Of a DNA stretch of 64,000 nucleotides, positions 55,001 through 64,000 are shown piece by piece. The stretch covers positions 42,098,001 to 42,162,000 of the forward strand of contig OZ024745.1 in NCBI GenBank assembly GCA_964016885.1, given 5' to 3'. A model generated the notes under the pieces. It made no database searches. It saw only the letters and a list, made by a program, of their open reading frames with translations, and was not told the origin of the DNA. This DNA comes from Eledone cirrhosa. Its lineage: Eukaryota. A program made the translations under genes and the position numbers. Numbering within the stretch: the stretch's first letter is position 1; each line of letters begins with the position of its first letter.

Positions 55001-58000
55001 AATAGATTGCAGAGAGACTCCGGGTTTCAATGAACTATAGTCTCACCTTATTTCAGATGACTAGATGACTAGGCAATAGAATGCAGAGTGACTCCTGGCT
55101 TCTGTGTACTATAGTCTAACCATTGTTGCAGATGACTAGATGACTAGGCAATAGAATGCAGAGTGACTCCTGGCTTCAGTGAACTATAGTCTCACCTTAT
55201 TGCAGATGACTAGATGACAAGGCAATAGAATGCAGAGTGACTCCTGGCTTCGGTGAAGTATAGTCTAACCATTGTTGCAGATGACTCGATGGCTAGGCAA
55301 TACAATGCAGACTGACTCCTGGCTTCAGTGAAGTTCACTCTCACCTTATTGCAGATGACTAAATCACTAGACAATAGAATGCCGAGTGACTCCTGGCTTC
55401 AGTGAAGTATAGTCTCACCTTATTGCAGATGACTAGATGACTAGGCGATAGAATGCAGAGTGACTCCTGGCTTCGGTGAAGTATAGTCTAACCATTGTTG
55501 CAGATGACTAGATGACTAGGCAATACAATGCAGAGTGACTCCTGGCATCAGTGAAGCTCAGTCTCACCTTATTGCAGATGACTAAATGACTAGACAATAG
55601 AATGCAGAGTGACACCTGGCTTCAGTGAAGTATAGTCTCACCATTGTTGCTGATGACTAGATGACTAGGCAATAGAATGCAGAGTGACTCCTGGCTTCTG
55701 TGAACTATAGTCTCACCTTATTGCAGATCACTAGATGACTACGCAATAGAATGCAGAGTGACTCCTGGCTTCAGTGAACTATAGTTTAACCATTGTTGCG
55801 GATGACTAGATGACTAGGTAATAGAATGCAGAGTGACTCCTGGCTTCTGTGAACTATAGTCTCACCTTATTGCAGATGACTAGATGACTACGCAATAGAA
55901 TGATGAGTGACTCCTGGCTTCAGTGAACTATAGTCTCACATTATTGCAGATGACTAGAAGACTAGGCAATAGAATGCAGAGTGACTCCTGGCTTCAATGA
56001 AGTATAGTCTAACCATTGTTCAGATGACTAGATGACTAGGCAATAGATTGCAGAGTTACTCCGGGTTTCAGTGAAGTATAGTCTCACCTTATTGCAGATG
56101 ACTAGATGACTAGGCAATAGAATGCAGAGTGACTCCTGGCTTCGGTGAAGTATAGTCTAACCTTTGTTGCAGATGACTAGATGACTAGGCAATACAATGC
56201 AGAATGACTCCTGGCTTCAGTGAACTATAGTCTCACCTTATTGCGGATGAATAGATGACTAGGCAATAGAATGCAGAGTGACTCCTGGCTTCAGTGAACT
56301 ATAGTCTCACCTTGTTGCAGATGACTAGATGACTAGACAATAGAATGCAGAGTGACTCCTGGCTTCTGTGAACTGTAGTCTAACCATTGTTGCAGATGAC
56401 TAGATGACTAGGCAATAGATTGCAGAGTGACTCCGGGTTTCAGTGAACTATAGTCTCATCTTATTGCAGATGACAAGATGACTACGATATAGAATGCAGA
56501 GTGACTCCTGGCTTCTGTGAACTGTAGTATAACCATTGTTGCAGATGAATAGATGACTAGGCAATAGATTGCAGAGTGACTCCGGGTTTCAGTGAAGTAT
56601 AGTCTCACCGTATGGCAGATGACTAGATGACTAGGCAATAGAATGCATAGTCACTCCTGGCTTCAGTGAAATATAGTCTCACCTTGTTGCAGATGACTAG
56701 ATGACTAGGCAATAGAATGCATAGTCACTCCTGGCTTCAGTGAACTATAGTCTCACCTTGTTGCAGATGACTAGATGACTAGGCAATAGAGTGCTGAGTG
56801 ACTCCTGGCTTCAGTGAAATATAGTCTAACCATTGTTGCAGATGATTAGATGACTAGGCAATAGAATGCAGAGTGACTCCTGTCTTCAGTGAACTATAGG
56901 CTCACCTTATTGAAGATGACTAGATGACTAGGCAATAGAATGCAGAGTGACTCCTGACTTCAGTGAACTATAGTCTAACCATTGTTGCAGATGACTAGAT
57001 GACTACGCAATAGAATGCAGAGTGACTCCTGGCTTCTGTGAACTATAGTCTAACCATTGTTGCAGATGACTAGATGACTAGGCAAAAGAATGCAGAGTGA
57101 CTCCTGGCTTCAGTGAAATATAGTCTCACATTATTGCAGATGACTAGATGACTAGCCAATAGAATACAGAGTCACTCCTGGTTTCGGTCAACTATAGTCT
57201 CACCTTATTGCAGATGACTAGATGACTAGGCAATAGAATGCAGAGTGACTCCTGGCTTCAGTGAACTATAGTCTCACCTTATTGCAGATGACTAGATGAC
57301 AAGGCAATAGAATGCAGAGTGACTCCGGGCTTCAGTGAAGTATAGTCGCACCTTATTGCAGATGACTAGATGACTAGGCAATAGAATGCAGAGTGACTCC
57401 TGGCTTCAGTGAACTATAGTCTCACCTTATTGCAGATGACTAGATGACTAGGCAATAGAATGCAGAGTGACTCCTGCCTTCAGTGAACTATAGTCTAACC
57501 ATTGTTGCCGATGACTAGATGACTAGGCAGTAGAATGCAGAGTGACTCCTGGCTTCTGTGAACTATAGTCTCACCTTATTGCAGATGACTAGATGACTAC
57601 GCAATAGAATGCAGAGTGACTCCTGGCTTCAGTGAACTATAGTCCCACATTATTGCAGATGACTAGAAGACTAGGCAATAGAATGCAGAGTGACTCCTGG
57701 CTTAAGTGACGTATAGTCTAACCATTGTTGCAGATGACTAGAAGACTAGGCAATAGAATGCAGAGTGACTCTTGGCTTCGGTAAAGTATAGTCTAACCAT
57801 TGTTGCAGATGACTAGATGACTAGGCAATACAATGCAGAGTGACTCCTGGCTTCAGTGAACTATAGTCTCACCTTATTGCGGATGAGTAGATGACTAGGC
57901 AATAGAATGCAGAGTGATTCCTGGCTTCAGTGAACTATAGTCTCACCTTGTTGCAGATGACTAGATGACTAGACAATAGAATGCAGAGTGACTCCTGGCT

Positions 58001-61000
58001 TCAGTGAACTATAGTCTCACCTTATTGCAGATGACTAGATGACTAGGCAATAGAATGCAGAGTGATTCCTGGCTTCAGTGAACTATAGTCTCACCTTGTT
58101 GCAGATGACTAGATGACTAGACAATAGAATGCAGAGTGACCCCTGGCTTCAGTGAACTATTAGTCTCACCTTATTCCAGATGACTAGATGACTAAGCAAT
58201 AGAATGCAGAGTGACTCCTGGCTTCTGTGAACTATAGTCTAACCATTGTTTTAGATGACTAGATGACTAGGTAATAGATTGCAGAGTGACTCCGGGTTTC
58301 AGTGAACTATAGTCTCATCTTATTGCAGATGACTAGATGACTACGATATAGAATGCAGAGTGACTCCTGGCTTCTGTGAACTGTAGTATAACCATTGTTG
58401 CAGATGACTAGATGACTAGTCAATAGATTGCAGAGAGACTCCGGGTTTCAGTGAACTATAGTCTCACCGTATAGCAGATGACTAGATGACTAGGCAATAG
58501 ATTGCAGATTGACTCCTGGCTTCTGTGAACTATAGTCTAAACATTGTGGCAGATGACTAGATGACCTAGCAATAGATTGCAGAGTGACTCCGGGTTTCAG
58601 TGAACTATAGTCTAACCTTAATTCAGATGACTAGATGACTAGGCAATACAATTCAGAGTGACTCCTGGCTTGAGTGAATTTCAGTCTCACCTTATTGCAG
58701 ACGACTAAATGACTAGACAATAGAATGCAGAGTGACACCTGGCTTCAATGAAGTATAGTCTCACCTTATTGCAGATGACTAGATGACTAGGCAATAGAAT
58801 GCAGAGTAACTCCTAGTTTCAGTGAACTATAGTCTAACCATTGTTGCAGATGACTAGATGACTAGGCAATAGAATGCAGAGTGACTCCTGGCCTCAGTGA
58901 ACTATAGTCTCACCTTATTGCACATGACTAGATGACTAGGCAAAAGAATGCTGAGTGACTCCTGGCTTCGGTGAACTATAGTCTAACCATTGTTGCAGAT
59001 GACTAGATGACTAGGCAATAGAATGCAGAGTGACTCCTGGCCTCAGTGAACTATAGTCTCACCTTATTGCAGATGACTAGATGACTAGGCAATAGATTGC
59101 AGAGTGACTCCGGGCTTCAGTGAAGTATAGTCGCACCTTTTATCAGATGACTAGATGACTAGGCAATAGATTGCAGAGTGACTCCGGGCTTCTGTTAATT
59201 ATAGTATCACCTTATTGCAGATGACTAGATGACTAGGCAATAGAACGCAGAGTGACTCCTGGCTTCAGTGAACTATAGTCTCACCTTATTGCAGATGACT
59301 AGATGACTAGGCAATAGAATGCAGAGTGACTCCTGGCTTCAGTGAAGTATAGACTAACCTTATTGCAGATCACTAGATGACTAGGCAATAGAATGCAGAG
59401 TGACTCCTGGCTTCAGTGAAGTATAGTCGCACCTTATTGCAGATGACTAGATGACTAGGCAATAGAATGCAGAGTGAATCCTGGCTTCAGTGAACTATAG
59501 TCTCACCTTATTGCAGATGACTAGATGACTAGGCAATAGAATGCAGAGTGACTCCTGGCTTCAGTGAAGTATAGACTCACCTTATTGCAGATGACTAGAT
59601 GACTAGGCAATAGAATGCAAAGTGACTCCTGGCCTCAGTGAAGTATAGTCTAACCATTGTTGCAGATGACTAGATGACTAGGCAATAGAATGCAGAGTGA
59701 CTCCGGGTTTCAGTGAAGTATAGTCTCACCTTATTGCAGATGACTAGATGACTAGGCAATAGAATGCAGAGTGACTCCTGGCTTCAGTGAACTATAGTCT
59801 CACATTATTGCAGATGACTAGAAGACTAGGCAATAGAATGCAGAGTGACTCCTGGCTTAAGTGAAGTATAGTCTAACCATTGTTGCAGATGACTAGAAGA
59901 CTAGGCAATAGAATGCAGAGTGACTCCTGGCTTCGGTAAAGTATAGTCTAACCATTGTTGCAGATGACTAGATGACTAGTCAATACAATGCAGAGTGACT
60001 CCTGGCTTCAGTGAACTATAGTCTCACCTTATTGCGGATGAGTAGATGACTAGGCAATAGAATGCAGAGTGATTCCTGGCTTCAGTGAACTATAGTCTCA
60101 CCTTGTTGCAGATGACTAGATGACTAGACAATAGAATGCAGAGTGACTCCTGGCTTCAGTGAACTATAGTCTCACCTTATTGCAGATGACTAGATGACTA
60201 GGCAATAGAATGCAGAGTGACTCCTGGCTTCTGTGAACTATAGTCTAACCATTGTTTTAGATGACTAGATGACTAGGTAATAGATTGCAGAGTGACTCCG
60301 GGTTTCAGTGAACTATAGTCTCATCTTATTGCAGATGACTAGATGACTACTATATAGAATGCAGAGTGACTCCTGGCTTCTGTGAACTGTAGTATAACCA
60401 TTGTTGCAGATGACTAGATGACTAGGCAATAGATTGCAGAGAGACTCCGGGTTTCAGTGAACTATAGTCTCACCGTATAGCAGATGACTAGATGACTAGG
60501 CAATAGATTGCAGAGTGACTCCTGGCTTCTGTGAACTATAGTCTAACCATTGTGGCAGATGACTAGATGACCTAGCAATAGATTGCAGAGTGACTCCGGG
60601 TTTCAGTGAACTATAGTCTCACCTTATTGCAGATGACTAGATGACTAGGCAATAGAATGCAGAGTAACTCCTGGTTTCAGTGAACTATAGTCTAACCATT
60701 GTTGCAGATGACTAGATGACTAGGCAATAGAATGCAGAGTGACTCCTGGCCTCAGTGAACTATAGTCTCACCTTATTGCACATGACTATATGACTAGCCA
60801 AAAGAATGCTGAGTGACTCCTGGCTTCGGTGAAGTATAGTCTAACCATTGTTGCAGATGACTAGATGACTAGGCAATAGAATGCAGAGTGACTCCGGGCT
60901 TCAGTGAAGTATAGTCGCACCTTTTATCAGATGACTAGATGACTAGGCAATAGATTGCAGAGTGACTCCGGGCTTCAGTTAATTATAGTATCACCTTATT

Positions 61001-64000
61001 GCAGATGACTAGATGACTAGGCAGTAGAACGCAGAGTGACTCCTGGCTTCAGTGAACTATAGTCTCACCTTATTGCAGATGACTAGATGACTAGGCAATA
61101 GAATGCAGAGTGACTCCTGGCTTCAGTGAAGTATAGACTCACCTTATTGCAGATGACTAGATGACTAGGCAATAGAATGCAGAGTGACTCCTGGCTTCAG
61201 TGAAATATAGTCTAACCATTGTTGCAGATGACTAGATGACTAGGCAATAGAATGCAGAGTGACTCCTGTCTTCAGTGAACTATAGGCTCACCTTATTGAA
61301 GATGACTAGATGACTAGGCAATAGAATGCAGAGTGACTCCTGACTTCAGTGAACTATAGTCTAACCATTGTTGCAGATGACTAGATGACTACGCAATAGA
61401 ATGCAGAGTGACTCCTGGCTTCTGTGAACTATAGTCTAACCATTGTTGCAGATGACTAGATGACTAGGCAATAGAATGCAGAGTGACTCCTGGCTTCAGT
61501 GAAATATAGTCTCACATTATTGCAGATGACTAGATGACTAGCCAATAGAATACAGAGTCACTCCTGGTTTCGGTCAACTATAGTCTCACCTTATTGCAGA
61601 TGACTAGATGACTAGGCAATAGAATGCAGAGTGACTCCTGGCTTCAGTGAACTATAGTCTCACCTTATTGCAGATGACTAGATGACAAGGCAATAGAATG
61701 CAGAGTGACTCCTGGCTTCTGTGAACTATAGTCTCACCTTATTGCAGATGACTAGATGACTACGCAATAGAATGCAGAGTGACTCCTGGCTTCAGTGAAC
61801 TATAGTCTCACATTATTGCATATGACTAGAAGACTAGGCAATAGAATGCAGAGTGACTCCTGGCTTCAGTGAAGTATAGTCTAACAATTGTTGCAGATGA
61901 CTAGATGACTAGGCAATAGATTGCAGAGTGACTCCGGGTTTCAGTGAAGTATAGTCTCACCGTATTGCAGATGACTAGATGACTAGGCAATACAATGCAG
62001 AGTGACTCCTGGCTTCAGTGAAGTATAGTCTCACCGTATTGCAGATGACTAGATGACTAGACAATAGAATGCATAGTGACCCCTGGCTTCAGTGAACTAT
62101 AGTCTCACCTTATTGCGGATGAATAGATGACTAGGCAATAGAATGCAGAGTGACTCCTGGCTTCAGTGAACTATAGTCTCACCTTGTTGCAGATGACTAG
62201 ATGACTAGACAATAGAATGCAGAGTGACTCCTGGCTTCAGTGAATTATAGTCTCACCTTATTGCAGATGAATAGATGACTAGGCAATAGAATGCAGAGTG
62301 ATTCCTGGCTTCTGTGAACTATAGTCTAACCATTGTTGCAGATGACTAGATGACTAGGCAATAGATTGCAGAGTAACTCCGGGTTTCAGTGAACTATAGT
62401 CTCACCGTATGCCAGATGACTAGATGACTAGGCAATAGAATGCAGAGTGACTCCTGGCTTCTGTGAACTATAGTCTAACCATTGTGGCAGATGACTAGAT
62501 GACTAGGCAATAGATTGCAGAGTGACTCCGGGTTTTAGTGAACTATAGTCTCACCTTATTGCCGATGACTAGATGACTAGGCAATAGAATGCAGAGTGAC
62601 TCCTGGTTTCAGTGAACTATAGTCTAACCATTGTTGCAGATGACTAGATGACTAGGCAATAGAATGCAGAGTGAGTCCTGGCTTCAGTGAAATATAGTCT
62701 CACCTTATTGCAGATGACTTGATGACTAGGCAATAGAATGCAGAGTAACTTCTGGCTTCAGTGAAGTGTAGTCTAACCATTGTTGCAGATGACTGGATAA
62801 CTAGGCAATAGAATGCAGAGTGACTCCTGGCTTCAGTGAACTATAGTCTCACCTTATTACAGATGACTAGATGACTAAGCAATAGAATGCAGAGTGACTC
62901 CTGGCTTCGGTGAAGTATAGTCTAACCATTGTTGCAGATGACTAGATGACTAGGCAATACAATGCAGAGTGACTCCTGGCTTCAGTGAAGTTCAGTCTCA
63001 CCTTATTCCAGATGACTAAATGACTAGACAATAGAATGCAGAGTGACTCCTGGCTTCAGTGAAGTATAGTCTCACCTTATTGCAGATGACTAGATGACTA
63101 GGCAATAGAATGCAGAGTGACTCCTGGCTTCTGTGAACTATAGTCTCACCTTATTGCTGATGACTAGATGACTACGCAATAGAATGCAGAGTGACTCCTG
63201 GCTTCAGGGAACTATAGTCTCACATTATTGCAGATGACTAGAAGACTAGGCAATAGAATGCAGAGTGACTCCTGGCTTCTGTGAACTGTAGTCTAACAAT
63301 TGTTGCAGATGACTAGATGACTAGGCAATAGATTGTAGAGTGACTCCGGGCTTCAGTGAAGTATAGTCTCACCTTATTGCAGATGACTAGATGACTAGGC
63401 AATAGAATGCAGAGTGACTCCTGGCTTCAGTGAACTATAGTCTAATCATTGTTGCAGATGACTAGATGACTACGCAATAGAATACAGAGTGACTCATGGC
63501 TTCTGTGAACTATAGTCTAACCATTGTTGCAGATGACTAGATGAATAGGCAATAGAATGCAGTGACTCCTGGCTTCTGTGAACTATAGTCTAACTATTGT
63601 TGGAGATGACTAGATGACTAGGCAATAGATTGCAGAGTGACTACTGGCTTAAGTGAACTATAGTCTCACCTTATTGCAGATGACTAGATGACTGGGCAAT
63701 AGAATGCAGTGACTCCTGGCTTCTGTGGACTATAGTCTAACCATTGTTACAGATGACTAGGCAATAGAGTGCAGTGTAACTACGGGCTTCAGTGAAGTAT
63801 TGGCTCACCTTATCGCAGATGACTAGATGACTAGTCAATAGAATGCAGAGTGACTCCTGGCTTCAGTGAACTATAGTCTCACCTTATTGCAGATGACTAG
63901 ATGACTAGGCAATTGAATGCAGAGTGACTCCTGGCTTCAGTTAACTATAGTCTCACCTTATTGCAGATGACTAGATTACTAGGCAATAGAATGCAGAGTG

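Larger units (their letters stand above)
13894..64000. repeat. Tandem satellite array, 74/75-bp monomer, ~675 head-to-tail copies, continuing past the window end
   Basis: Consensus agtgactcctggcttcagtgaactatagtctcaccttattgcagatgactagatgactaggcaatagaatgcag (74 bp, 32/74 G+C, no CpG). The 75-bp class has taaccattgtt in place of tcaccttatt. No inversion or foreign insertion was seen. Confidence 0.99.

Noticed and set aside
56456-56638. 60-aa minus-strand ORF inside the satellite
   Set aside because: It arises from point variants that remove the usual TAG stops in about 2.5 monomers, with no sign of coding function
13894-64000. Satellite as a CRISPR array
   Set aside because: The whole monomer is repeated with no unique spacers, there are no cas genes, and the context is eukaryotic
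13894-64000. Satellite monomer as a tandem tRNA gene (74 nt, several stems, tggcttcagtg resembling box A)
   Set aside because: No box B (GTTCRA) T-loop, acceptor stem or anticodon arm on either strand
13894-64000. Hammerhead ribozyme in the satellite, as in newt or schistosome satellites
   Set aside because: The consensus has CAGATGA rather than CTGATGA and no properly placed GAAA. CTGATGA appears only as isolated variants near 55650 and 63158.

Overview
Non-coding eukaryotic DNA with no supportable intact gene. The SINE types and very high microsatellite density suggest a cephalopod (Octopus-like) genome, which is an inference from recalled repeat families. Bases 1-13.9 kb are an AT-rich mosaic of long microsatellites, tRNA-derived SINEs, a decayed RTE-type LINE 3' end, mariner-, piggyBac- and hAT-like non-autonomous remnants, and several Penelope-like fragments with hammerhead-ribozyme motifs next to (TA)n tracts. 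From about 13,900 to the window end (about 50 kb, roughly 675 monomers) is one head-to-tail satellite array of a 74/75-bp monomer. It contains nested higher-order repeats (about 7-, 9-, 26-, 27- and 57-mers) and position-dependent layers of sequence variants, resembling centromeric or pericentromeric satellite. The supplied ORFs are microsatellite or chance ORFs. All counts and spacings were read by eye.
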